Source: Nannocystales bacterium
GTDB lineage: Bacteria; Myxococcota_A; Polyangia; Nannocystales; Nannocystaceae
Direction of reading: 5' to 3'
NCBI GenBank assembly: GCA_050633305.1
Contig: JBOEGF010000021.1
Location: forward strand, 1-64,000
DNA: 64,000 nt
The notes under the pieces: generated by a model
What the model was told of the DNA's origin: nothing
The model's database searches: none
Seen by the model: only the letters and a program-made list of their open reading frames with translations
Made by a program: the position numbers and the translations under genes
Part shown: one piece after another, positions 40,314 through 49,691 of the stretch
Position numbering within the stretch: position 1 is the stretch's first letter
Layout: every line of letters starts with the position of its first letter

Positions 40314-40573
40314 CTAAGGTCCCGGCGAGCATGGTGCCTAGCGGGGGCGCGGCTGTCGAGGTGGACCGCGCCAGCGCGGAGTGGCTCCTCTTCGCGAACG
40401 TTTTCGCTTCGTGAGGGAGGCCCCGGTTGAAAGACGTGGGAGCGTCTGCTCGTGTCCCTGTCCAGTCGAACGTGGTGCAATGACGGACCTTGGGGGCGGC
40501 GCAAAACTCGCGAGTGCAACGCAACGCCGTTGCGGCCGACCCCTCGTTCGTGTTTCGGTGTGCCAGCTTCGCA

Positions 40574-42478
40574 GTGCCTGACGCTTCTTCCTTAGTGGAC
40601 CTGGATGCAGGTCTCGAACGGTTCGGTCACACGCAGTTTCGTCCTGGGCAGCGTGAGGCCATGGAGACGCTGCTCGAGCGTCGCCGTCTGCTGCTCGTCG
40701 CCCCGACCGGCGGCGGCAAGAGCCTGACGTACCAGCTTCCCGCGACCCTGCTGGGGGGGACGACGATCGTGATCTCACCGCTGGTCGCGTTGATGGCGGA
40801 TCAGGTCGCGTCCATGACGGCCATGGGCGTGCGGGCCACGTACCTGGCGGCCACCCTTCCCGGCGACGAGGTCCGCGCTCGTATGGGAGACATCGCGCGC
40901 GGGCTGTTCGACATCGTCTACGTCGCCCCCGAGCGTCTGGCCTTCGGGGGCTTTCGTGGCATCGCGCAGCAGCTCAACGTCCCGCTGGTCGCGGTCGACG
41001 AGGCCCACTGCATCAGCGAGTGGGGCCACGACTTTCGCCCCGAGTACATGCAGATCGGCGACTTCGTGCAGTCGCTTCCCTCGGCGCGGTTGCTCGCGTG
41101 CACGGCCACCGCCACGCCGATCGTGCGCGACGAGATTCTCTCGCGGCTCGGTCTCCCCGATGACACGCCGCAGATCGTCAAGGGCTTCGCGCGCCCCAAC
41201 CTCGCGCTGCGGGTCAAGGAGCTGCGGTACGCGAAAGAGCGCGACCCGCATGTCGATGACGCGCTCAAGGACGCCTTGGGAACGCCGGCCGGCGAGCGCA
41301 TGGGCACCGCCATCGTCTACGCGCCCACGCGCAAGGCCACGCAGGAACAAGCCAGCCGCCTCGAGCGGTTGGGCTGGGCCGCGGCCGCCTACCACGCGGG
41401 CATGACGGGCACCCACCGCGAGGAGGTGCAGATGCGCTTCATCGGCGGCGAACTCGATGTCGTCGTGGCGACCAATGCGTTCGGTATGGGCATCGATCGC
41501 GGCGATGTTCGGGTGGTCGTACACCTCGCGCCCCCGAGCTCCATCGAGGCCTACTATCAGGAGGTCGGCCGCGCCGGTCGAGATGGCGATCCGGCGACGG
41601 GTTTGCTCATGTACACGCCCTCCGACGTGCAGCTACGCCGGCGGTTGCTCGAGCGTGGCATGGACGGTGAGCCCACGCCCAAGGCGGTCTTCGAGCACAA
41701 GTGGAACCTGTTCCTCGAGCTGATGCGATGGGCCGAGGGGGGCAGCTGCCGCCACGACGCCATCCTTCGGTACTTCAGCGATGAAGCCGAGACCCTGGCC
41801 GGCTGCGGCATGTGTGACGCCTGCGAGCACATGGGCGAGGAGGCCCACGACCCCGAAGAGGTCACGCTCATCGTTCGCAAGGCGCTCTCGGGCATCGCAC
41901 GGGTACACGGCCGCTACGGCCTCACCGCCGCAGCCAAACTTCTCAAGGGCAACAAAGACCCTCGTATCGAGCGAGCGGGACTGGAGAACACCCGCACGCA
42001 TGGTGCGTTGTCCGAGCACTCCGAGGCTTGGATTACCAAGCTGCTTCGACGCTGCGTGACCGCCGGGTGGGCCGACTTCATGGGAGACCCGCACCCGGTC
42101 GTCTACCTCACCGACGACGGCAAGGATGTCATGGCCGGGCGCAGGCCTGCGCGGCTCGTATTGCCACGCGCGGTCGAGGTCGCGAAATCATCCTCGCCGC
42201 GCAGTCGCGGTGCCAAGCGCGGCTCGGTCGATGCTCCCGAACTCGACCAGGCGGCACTGGCCGTGTTCGAAGCACTCCGAGTCTACCGGCGGGAGCGGGC
42301 CAAGGACGACGGGGTGCCGCCGTACGTCGTGGCCAGCGACCGAACGCTGCGGGATGTTGCCATGCTGCGGCCGCGCACGGCGGACGAGCTGATGCTGGCG
42401 CATGGGATCGGCCCGTCCAAGCTCGAGAAGTACGGCGAGGGGCTGTTGGCCTGCGTCGCACAAACGCACCCGGGCTGA
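40574..42478 (+). CDS. recQ: ATP-dependent DNA helicase RecQ
   Basis: PTGGGKSL, DEAHCISEWGHDFRPEY, TATA, ATNAFGMGID, QEVGRAGRDG, Zn-binding Cys, RQC and HRDC domains; start uncertain. Confidence 0.96.
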   Translation: MPDASSLVDLDAGLERFGHTQFRPGQREAMETLLERRRLLLVAPTGGGKSLTYQLPATLLGGTTIVISPLVALMADQVASMTAMGVRATYLAATLPGDEVRARMGDIARGLFDIVYVAPERLAFGGFRGIAQQLNVPLVAVDEAHCISEWGHDFRPEYMQIGDFVQSLPSARLLACTATATPIVRDEILSRLGLPDDTPQIVKGFARPNLALRVKELRYAKERDPHVDDALKDALGTPAGERMGTAIVYAPTRKATQEQASRLERLGWAAAAYHAGMTGTHREEVQMRFIGGELDVVVATNAFGMGIDRGDVRVVVHLAPPSSIEAYYQEVGRAGRDGDPATGLLMYTPSDVQLRRRLLERGMDGEPTPKAVFEHKWNLFLELMRWAEGGSCRHDAILRYFSDEAETLAGCGMCDACEHMGEEAHDPEEVTLIVRKALSGIARVHGRYGLTAAAKLLKGNKDPRIERAGLENTRTHGALSEHSEAWITKLLRRCVTAGWADFMGDPHPVVYLTDDGKDVMAGRRPARLVLPRAVEVAKSSSPRSRGAKRGSVDAPELDQAALAVFEALRVYRRERAKDDGVPPYVVASDRTLRDVAMLRPRTADELMLAHGIGPSKLEKYGEGLLACVAQTHPG

Positions 42479-42560
42479 GCGAAGCAACGGGGCGTGGCGT
42501 TTTCGAGTGTTCGAATTCGTGCTTCTGTTGTCCGGTAGGCGGCTTGATATCGACTTTCGG

Positions 42561-42586
42561 CAAATACGACAGTGCTGTCGTATTTG
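42561..42586. other. 26-bp palindrome between convergent recQ and hipA
   Basis: CAAATACGACAG-TG-CTGTCGTATTTG. Confidence 0.8.
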
Positions 42587-42604
42587 TGCGTTGAGCAGCA
42601 CGCG

Positions 42605-43909
42605 CTACGAGCTGCGTAGCCCCAGGCGGAAGGTCTTCGCAACTCGGCTGACGTCTGAGGGCTCGACGCCCGCTTGCTCTGCGTGCTCGTTCCACCGCTC
42701 GACGGAGCTCACGACGTGCTCGATCGCCTGCTTCGCTCGCGCGGGTTTGAGCCCCGAGGTGGAGGCGAAGGTCATGAGGTCGTCGCGAGTGAAGTCGTTT
42801 CTCTTCCCCGCCAAGCTCATCTGGTGATCCCGTGTCCAGGCACCCTGAGGGCTGTACGAGTAGGCCACGTCGTATGCAGGGGAGAGTCTCCACGAGCCAG
42901 CACGGTCCATGAGGAACGAGATGTTTTTGACGTGGTCGTTTTGGTTGCGAGCCACGACGTTGAAGACGGCGCGCTTGTACTGTTGTTCGACGACCCCCAT
43001 TCCCTGCCGCAGGGATTGGAGAGTTCGGACCGCCTGCTCGTACGAGTACGAGACGGGGTCGTTGAAGTCGAAGTGCTGCATCGCTCCGAGCGACTGCATG
43101 TGAATCTTGCGCCCCCGGTTGTCCCGATCGAATCGACGGGTCATGAAGTGACTGCGGCCGCCCTCGTGGTGAAGTCTGCACTCCGACATCTCGATCCCCG
43201 CGGCCACAGCCATCAAGTGATACGCGTACTCGATCTTGCCGAAGCCCTGTGGGTCCGCGAGTTCTTTGTCGCGGTTGTTCGAGACGCCGTCGAACTTCAG
43301 GAGCCAGTGCTCGTAGCCTTCGTCGAGTTCCACTTGTCCGGACTTGAACTCTCCGGTTTCTCGATTCCACGCGAGGACGGCCTTGGCACGGGCCCCGCCG
43401 GCCGAAGTCCCCACGCTCAGGATGTCTTCGAGAGCCTCCCCATCGTTGGCACCCCCGAGCGTTCCGACAAGGTCTTCACGTTCTTGCATGACCCTGTTGG
43501 CCAGGTCCACCAACTGGGTCACTTCCAGCGTCTTCGAACGCGATGTCTTGCGGATGGTGGGCTGAAACTCGAGTGCCCCGATGCCTCGGTTGCCGATGTA
43601 GCAGAGGCGGTCGACCGGGCTGAACTGGCCCTCGTTTCGGCCCGTTTCGGCGAGCCACGCGTCGATGAGTCGGTTCCCGAACTTGTCTGGCAACGCGTCG
43701 GCGAGCATCCCAGGAAGTCCCTTGAAGGTCTCCTTGGGCAGGGCCGAAAACTCGTAGGGTGCCTCCCGTACCGGCATCTTCACAGGGGCGACTTCGATGC
43801 CCGCGCCCACGAACTTCGGGTCGTACTGAAACACGCCGAGGGCACGGGCTTCGTCCCAGCTGACAGCGCCGATACGGCGCCCCCACAACATCACGCTTGC
43901 GTCAGTCAT
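42605..43909 (-). CDS. hipA: HipA-family toxin kinase
   Basis: HipA N-terminal domain; SAGGARAKA, WLLKFD, RFDR, RNQNDHVKN, LSPAYD. Confidence 0.93.
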   Translation of the reverse strand: MTDASVMLWGRRIGAVSWDEARALGVFQYDPKFVGAGIEVAPVKMPVREAPYEFSALPKETFKGLPGMLADALPDKFGNRLIDAWLAETGRNEGQFSPVDRLCYIGNRGIGALEFQPTIRKTSRSKTLEVTQLVDLANRVMQEREDLVGTLGGANDGEALEDILSVGTSAGGARAKAVLAWNRETGEFKSGQVELDEGYEHWLLKFDGVSNNRDKELADPQGFGKIEYAYHLMAVAAGIEMSECRLHHEGGRSHFMTRRFDRDNRGRKIHMQSLGAMQHFDFNDPVSYSYEQAVRTLQSLRQGMGVVEQQYKRAVFNVVARNQNDHVKNISFLMDRAGSWRLSPAYDVAYSYSPQGAWTRDHQMSLAGKRNDFTRDDLMTFASTSGLKPARAKQAIEHVVSSVERWNEHAEQAGVEPSDVSRVAKTFRLGLRSS

Positions 43910-44240
43910 CGGTCTCGTCACCCCATGTCCAGGTTGATGGCGCCGGTCGTGCCGATGCCGGGCTTGCCCGTCTGCGCTCGGTGCCCTTCTTTGATACGCG
44001 CTCGATGGGCCCGACATCCCCTTTGGGCAGGGCGGAGAGGAGGGCGTCTGTCAGGTCGAGTGCGGCGGCGACCCGAAGGAAGGTGTCGAAGCTCGAGCGT
44101 TCCCCCGCCTCGAGCCGTCGAAGCGTACGCACTCCGATCCCCGCCTTCTCGGCGAGAGCGGCTTGCGTCACGTTTCGTGACAACCGTGCTCGCGCGATGC
44201 GTCGTCCGATTTCCTGTTCGACTTGAGTTGGGGTCGCCAT
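43902..44240 (-). CDS. XRE-family HTH antitoxin (HipB-like)
   Basis: IARARLSRNVTQAALAEKAGIGVRTLRRLEAG; overlaps the hipA start. Confidence 0.9.
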   Translation of the reverse strand: MATPTQVEQEIGRRIARARLSRNVTQAALAEKAGIGVRTLRRLEAGERSSFDTFLRVAAALDLTDALLSALPKGDVGPIERVSKKGTERRRASPASARPAPSTWTWGDETDD

Positions 44241-44290
44241 GAGAACCTCAAGAGGCCGGATGATGCCGGTTCGTCCGATTTTTCCATCTT

Positions 44291-44382
44291 ATCGGCCGGA
44301 TATGGCCGATTGATAGCCCACTTCTGCAATGGGGCATATGTGGCCTGTTTACACGAAAATACCGATGAAAAGGCCACATATG
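44291..44382. promoter_or_regulatory. Inverted repeats upstream of the antitoxin (candidate operators)
   Basis: ATCGGCC-N6-GGCCGAT (44291-44310) and CATATGTGGCCT-N24-AGGCCACATATG (44335-44382), in an AT-richer stretch. Confidence 0.55.
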
Positions 44383-44556
44383 ACCTCTTGACACCTTCAT
44401 TCCTCCTGGTGTGCTTATGCAGCTGCGCGTTTTCCGCAGTGGAGAGTTTGAAGAAAGAGAGGAAAACCGAAGAAAAGACGCCGACGGTTAATGGCGATGG
44501 GGAGGTCGCGAGACTCAACGTTGGTGAGGCCGGCTGATGCGGTCGGAGACCTAACG

Positions 44557-45567
44557 ATGATGAACTTGAAAAACTTGGCGTATCTCTCCCTGATCACCGT
44601 CGTCGCGGGAGCGTGCGACGTCAAACAGGATCTCGGCGACACCGCGACGACGGGGGAGTCGTCCGGTGAGACCACCGGGGAAACTTCGGGCGGGACGACA
44701 GGCGGGGCGGATACGGGCGTGTTGGATACCGGGCCTTGGGACGACACAGGCGTGGTGACCGAGGGCACCTCGACAGGCTCCGCCGAGACGGGGGTCCTCG
44801 ACACAGGCCCTTGGTGGGAGACGGGCGAGGAGACGGGCGAGACGCCGACATGCGACGCTCGGGAGGTCTCGGTTCGGTGGGATTCGTCGGGACTGTCTCC
44901 GGAGGCGCTGGGGTTTGGTGGGACGTTTGTCGGCATCGGAGCGTGCCAGCCAGAGGTTCAGTCGGAAGGCGGCTCGGCTGTCACGCTGTCGCTCGCCTGC
45001 ACGCTCAGCGGAACCCGAGATGGCACCGACTTCGCCGACGAGGAGATTGCGATCGCTCTCGACTTCACGATCGAGGGCGCATCGGCGGACATTCTCCCCT
45101 CCTTCTCGGACTCGCTGTCCGCCCAGATCGTTGTTTCGTCGGCGGGCCTGGCTCAAGGTGCCGCGCGTTACATCGTGCTCGAGCAGCCCATGTTGCCGAC
45201 CGACGGCGATGCTCCGGTGCTGATCGCTGTGGATGCTCCTTCACTGGAACCATCGTCTGCGACCTACGCCGAGTGGTACGAGCAGGACTGGTACGTCGGT
45301 CCATCGTTCGCGACCGCTGACGCGACGTGTGAGACCGGTGATGCGCCTGCATGCGGGTACGACGTTGCCCTCGAGGCGGGTTGGCTCGATCGGTCGCCTG
45401 TCGCCGTTCATGGTGGCGGCGCGGAGACCTTCGGAGCGCCAACCGAGGGCGGGACTTACGACCTCTTCGTCGAGACGGCTTGGGAAGCGCCGCAAAGCCC
45501 CGATTGCGGCGTCGACTTCCCCACCGCGGAGTTCAGCTTCGTCGCTCTGGGCGCGACGGCTTCGTAG
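44557..45567 (+). CDS. Hypothetical lipoprotein
   Basis: Lipobox VAGA-C; acidic Thr/Gly linker with duplicated TGVLDTGPW. Confidence 0.78.
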   Translation: MMNLKNLAYLSLITVVAGACDVKQDLGDTATTGESSGETTGETSGGTTGGADTGVLDTGPWDDTGVVTEGTSTGSAETGVLDTGPWWETGEETGETPTCDAREVSVRWDSSGLSPEALGFGGTFVGIGACQPEVQSEGGSAVTLSLACTLSGTRDGTDFADEEIAIALDFTIEGASADILPSFSDSLSAQIVVSSAGLAQGAARYIVLEQPMLPTDGDAPVLIAVDAPSLEPSSATYAEWYEQDWYVGPSFATADATCETGDAPACGYDVALEAGWLDRSPVAVHGGGAETFGAPTEGGTYDLFVETAWEAPQSPDCGVDFPTAEFSFVALGATAS

Positions 45568-45599
45568 CACGGGAGTGGGGGGGCACGGTATGGTTGAGC

Positions 45600-46535
45600 A
45601 TGCTCTTCGGTCTGCTGGCGATGGCGCTGTACGCCGCGCCTGCACAACCCTCGGTGGAGGTACGTTGGGTCGGCCCGGTGCAGTGCGTGGATCCGGTCGA
45701 GCTGGAAGCTCTGGTAGTGGAGCTGGCCGGGGTTCCTCCATCGCCCATCGTGCTGTCGGTCTCTGCTACGCCTGCGACGCAGTGGAGCGTGGAAATCGAG
45801 TACGAGGATACGCAGCGGGTGGTGGCGTCAGACGACTGCGCGCTGCTCACCGAGGCGGTTGCCCTGATCGTCGCAGTTCGTATCGATCCGCTTCGCACGG
45901 CCTCGCAGGTCGAGCCGGAGCCGGAGCCGGAGCCCGGACCCACGCCCGAACCCGAACCCGAACTCGAACCCAAGCCGGCGCCGCGACCCCGACCTCTCGA
46001 ACCCGAGCGTCCGCGACCCGCTCGCGGTCCGCTCGCTCCCTCCGCGGCGGTTGGGGTGGCGGGCAGCTTGGGGTCACTGCCTCGCGGAGGTGTGGCGCTG
46101 CGAGCCGATGTCGGAGTCCGTCGCAACGCCCTCGAAGTCGATATCGGGGCAGTGGCGACGCTGGGCCCCGAGTCCCGTGCACAACAGGGGGTGGCCTCAG
46201 CGTTTCGTCTGTTCGCGGGGCTGGCACAAGCTTGCTGGGTCCTCGAATCGGGGGCCGTTGCCGCCCCGCTGTGCGGGCGCGCGGAGGTTGGGCTGTTCCA
46301 GGCTCGACCGCGAGGGCTACAGAGGCCCAACGACATCAACGCGCTGTGGCTCGCCCCGGCGCTACGAGCCGGACTTGCCCCTGCGCGTGGTCGCTTCGCC
46401 CCCGAGGGCTTCCTCGAGGTCGCGGCTCCACTGCGTCGGCACCGGTTCGAGGTGACCGGCGTGGGTCGGCTTCATCGCCTGCCGCCCGTCGCGTTGCGGC
46501 TGGGGGTCGCACTGCGCTTCAGGGGTCGAAGCTGA
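45600..46535 (+). CDS. Secreted protein with PE-repeat linker and probable C-terminal beta-barrel
   Basis: Signal peptide; small Cys-pair domain; EPEPEP linker; amphipathic strands ending LRLGVALRF. Confidence 0.65.
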   Translation: MLFGLLAMALYAAPAQPSVEVRWVGPVQCVDPVELEALVVELAGVPPSPIVLSVSATPATQWSVEIEYEDTQRVVASDDCALLTEAVALIVAVRIDPLRTASQVEPEPEPEPGPTPEPEPELEPKPAPRPRPLEPERPRPARGPLAPSAAVGVAGSLGSLPRGGVALRADVGVRRNALEVDIGAVATLGPESRAQQGVASAFRLFAGLAQACWVLESGAVAAPLCGRAEVGLFQARPRGLQRPNDINALWLAPALRAGLAPARGRFAPEGFLEVAAPLRRHRFEVTGVGRLHRLPPVALRLGVALRFRGRS

Positions 46536-46536
46536 G

Positions 46537-47700
46537 ATGAACGCCCCTGTGCAGCCGGCCACGGCAGGTCCCATCGGCGAGTTGTTCTCGGAGCACGGCG
46601 ACTTCGTGTTTCGGACACTGCAGTATCTTGGAGTTCCGGGGCCCTCTCTCGATGATGGCCTTCAGGACGTCTTCGTCACGGCGTACCGTCGCTGGGGCAC
46701 GTTCGAAGGTCGGTCGGCTCCGCGGACCTGGCTGTACGGCATCGCTCGGCGGGTGGCGTTTCGATACCGTCGCAAGGACGAGAACCATCGTCGTCGGTTT
46801 GTGTTGACCGAGCGCATCGTGGAGGGGGTGGATGCTCCGTTCGAACAAGCCCATGCCCGACGCTCGGTCCAGGCCCTGCTCGAAGGGCTCGACGAGGACA
46901 AGCGCGCGGCGTTCGTGCTGGTGGAGGTCGAAGGCTTCACAGCAGCGGAGGCCGCCGAGCTCCTCGAGATCCCACTGGGCACCGTCTACTCGCGAGTGCG
47001 CGCCGCATGGGGGCGTCTACGGGATGCTGCGCGTCAAGACGTGCACGTGTCCTCGATGCAGGTCGAGATGGAGTCCGAGCGGCGGGTGGGTCTGCAGCGT
47101 GCACTGATGGCGGCGTGCCTTCCCGCCTCCGCTGGCGCCGTTGGGACCGCGACCACGGGGCTTGGCGCGATGGGTTGGGTCTGGGCCGTTGCAGCGGCGG
47201 GCGTGCTCGCTGTTGGCATCGGCGTGGCAGCGGACTCAGGACCTCCGGAGCCCGCGCCGGTCGTCGAACAGCCCGAGACTCGCGCGCCGGCCGGGGTTGC
47301 CGAGCTGAAGCCAGTGCCGGTTGCACCCGCAGTCGCCCCACCCTCGCCCGTCTCGCCGGAGCCCCAGGCGCATGCGGCCCTCGAAAGCATCGGTGCTGTC
47401 GACCCCGAACCGGGGGTCGCAACGCCCAAACCGGAGGTCGCAACACCGATTCGAACTCAGAGTCCCAGGGGGAAGCCGGCGGCAGAGGGGACGAACGCAG
47501 AGCCTCCGCCCAGCCGCCTTGTCGAGGAGCTGGCGCTGATCCGCAAGGCGAAGGAACTGGTCCGGGACGGAAAGCCCGACGAGGCTGAGAAGGTGCTCGA
47601 CGAGCACGCCCGAGCGTTCGCGGACGGACAACTCTCCGACGAGCGGCGTGAGGTTCGGCGCTCGTTGGCGTCCTCTGCTCAGGACGCGGCCGCGCCGTAG
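46537..47700 (+). CDS. ECF sigma factor with fused TM / Pro-rich / helical C-terminal extension
   Basis: DDGLQDVF, RTWLYGIARR, LEIPLGTVYSRV; TM helix WVWAVAAAGVLAVGIGVA; C-terminal LVEELALI...LDEHARAF..GQL..ER. Confidence 0.9.
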   Translation: MNAPVQPATAGPIGELFSEHGDFVFRTLQYLGVPGPSLDDGLQDVFVTAYRRWGTFEGRSAPRTWLYGIARRVAFRYRRKDENHRRRFVLTERIVEGVDAPFEQAHARRSVQALLEGLDEDKRAAFVLVEVEGFTAAEAAELLEIPLGTVYSRVRAAWGRLRDAARQDVHVSSMQVEMESERRVGLQRALMAACLPASAGAVGTATTGLGAMGWVWAVAAAGVLAVGIGVAADSGPPEPAPVVEQPETRAPAGVAELKPVPVAPAVAPPSPVSPEPQAHAALESIGAVDPEPGVATPKPEVATPIRTQSPRGKPAAEGTNAEPPPSRLVEELALIRKAKELVRDGKPDEAEKVLDEHARAFADGQLSDERREVRRSLASSAQDAAAP

Positions 47701-47920
47701 CGGCGCCGTCGCACGCTGGCCGGAGGGCGTTTCTTGGGAACGCCGGGTGGCTTCCACGGAGACTGTGACGGCCATTCAGGCGGACCCGCGTCGATGCAAT
47801 CGGGTGGTCCCTCGGGGAGCGAGGAGAACCCATGGTTGCTCACCGACCCAGGGGTCCGAAGGGTGGAAATCGAGGCCTGCTACGGTTCTCTCGACCGCCG
47901 GATGGTAATCTGACTCTGGG

Positions 47921-49561
47921 GTGGGGGGATCGAACACGACGTCGGATGAACCGACCCGGCATTTCATTGGTCTTCTTCGCGGGTTGCCCCACCGGGTGTT
48001 TCGACGCCGCACTGGGCGAGGGCGGGTGCTCCTGCTCGCCGCTGCTGCACCGGTCTTGGCGTGCGGGGCGAATACGTACTCGTGCACCGACGGTGCGCAG
48101 TGCGGTGACGGGTTTTGCGAGGAGACGGGCCTGTGCTCGTTCGCGGATGATGGGTGTGAGAGCGGCCGACGCTATGCCGAATACGCGGGGGCACTCTCCG
48201 GTCTCTGCGTGCCCCCCACCTCCAACGGGTCCTCGGGCGTCGGCACCGAGTCCACGGCGACGGAGGCGATGACCCTGACCAGCGGAGACCTGTCGTCCTC
48301 GTCCTCGGCGAGTGGCTCGGGGAGCGACACCGGAGTCTCGGCATCCGCAGGCGAGACAGCCCGCGATCCAGAGCCCATCTGCGGAGACGGGTCCCTGGAC
48401 GAAGGGGAGGCCTGCGACGACGGCAACGACATCGAAGGGGACGGATGCAGCACCGAGTGCATTCGTTCGGGGATGGTTCTGTGGTCTCACGTTCGGAGCA
48501 GTGAGGCGAGCACGCTCGAGCAGTTCTCCGGCGTCGCGGTGCTGGGTGAAGACCCGGTCGTCGCGGGCTTGGGCGTTGCTGGTGGTCCGACACAGGACAT
48601 CCTCGTGCAACGGTGGACGCCCGAGGGGGAGAGCGTCTGGGACGTCGCGCATGATGTGGACGGCGACGCCGATCGGGGGGCGGGACTCGTGGTGGGTGCA
48701 GACGCGGTCACCGTGTTCGGAACCGCCACGGTTGCGCAGTCTGACGCGTCGACGACACTCGAGCGCTGGGTGGGCCAGTTCTCCTCCAACGAGGGGTCTT
48801 TGGTGCGTGAGGCCACCTTGGGCGAGGGGGAGCTGTTCGGTGGCGTGGTCTCGGACGATGGCGTTGTACTGGTGGGGACCGACGGCACCGGGGACTCCAG
48901 CGAGCGGGGGTGGGCGGGCAACATCACCGCTGAGCTGGCTGTGGCTTCCGCAGTCGTGGACCCCGGAGACGAGGCGAGTCAGTACAACGACGTCGCTGTG
49001 CTCCCCGGTGGCGAGACATTCGTCGCCGGGATGCGGGGGGCGAGTACCGAGACTGAGGCCGACTTCATCGTGGATGCGGTGAGCCCCATGTCGGTCTCGC
49101 CCGTGCAGCGCATCGCAGCCGAGTTCAGCCTCACCCAGGCCCAGGGGATTGCGGCCGCTGCCAGGGGGGAGCTGTTCGTCGGCGGGCACGCGCGACAGGA
49201 ACTCGGCGGACGTCAACTCTACTTGGAGCGCTTCTCCTTGGCTGATGGAGTCCAGTGGTCCAGCACAGAGTCGAGCGCCGATTCCGAGTCTGACGAGATC
49301 GAAGCCGTCGCAGTTGCGCCCAACGGCGATGTCTTGGTGACCGGTCTGTACTGGGGCGGTCTTCGACGAGAGACCGACGTCCTGCTGCGGCGCTTCGATG
49401 CAAACGGAGAGCTTCGGTGGGCCGCTGAGATCGACTTCGCTGGGGACCGGGATCTCGGTCGCGGAATCGTTGTCAGCTCAGAGGGGGCCGTATATGTCGC
49501 AGGACGGGTGACGACAGCCGCAGGAGACGTTCGGGCCTACGTTGCGCGTGTGGTTCCGTAG
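47921..49561 (+). CDS. Cys-rich lipoprotein with Myxococcus Cys-rich repeat (DUF4215-like) and beta-propeller
   Basis: PVLA-C; CGDGSLDEGEACDDGNDIEGDGCSTEC; propeller-like repeats. The true start may be near 48026. Confidence 0.75.
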   Translation: MGGSNTTSDEPTRHFIGLLRGLPHRVFRRRTGRGRVLLLAAAAPVLACGANTYSCTDGAQCGDGFCEETGLCSFADDGCESGRRYAEYAGALSGLCVPPTSNGSSGVGTESTATEAMTLTSGDLSSSSSASGSGSDTGVSASAGETARDPEPICGDGSLDEGEACDDGNDIEGDGCSTECIRSGMVLWSHVRSSEASTLEQFSGVAVLGEDPVVAGLGVAGGPTQDILVQRWTPEGESVWDVAHDVDGDADRGAGLVVGADAVTVFGTATVAQSDASTTLERWVGQFSSNEGSLVREATLGEGELFGGVVSDDGVVLVGTDGTGDSSERGWAGNITAELAVASAVVDPGDEASQYNDVAVLPGGETFVAGMRGASTETEADFIVDAVSPMSVSPVQRIAAEFSLTQAQGIAAAARGELFVGGHARQELGGRQLYLERFSLADGVQWSSTESSADSESDEIEAVAVAPNGDVLVTGLYWGGLRRETDVLLRRFDANGELRWAAEIDFAGDRDLGRGIVVSSEGAVYVAGRVTTAAGDVRAYVARVVP

Positions 49562-49691
49562 GCCCTCGACTCTCGCCGTCGCGGCGATGGGGGGCGGCTC
49601 AACTTCTTCAGCACTGGGGGCTGCCGCAGTGGGCTACCGCCCCCGATAAGAACCGTTGTGACCGGACCGCAGACGCCCGAACATTGTCGCC

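Noticed and set aside
45911..45975. Hexamer tandem repeats (GAGCCG/GAACCC)
   Set aside because: They encode the Glu-Pro linker of the host protein and are not an independent element.
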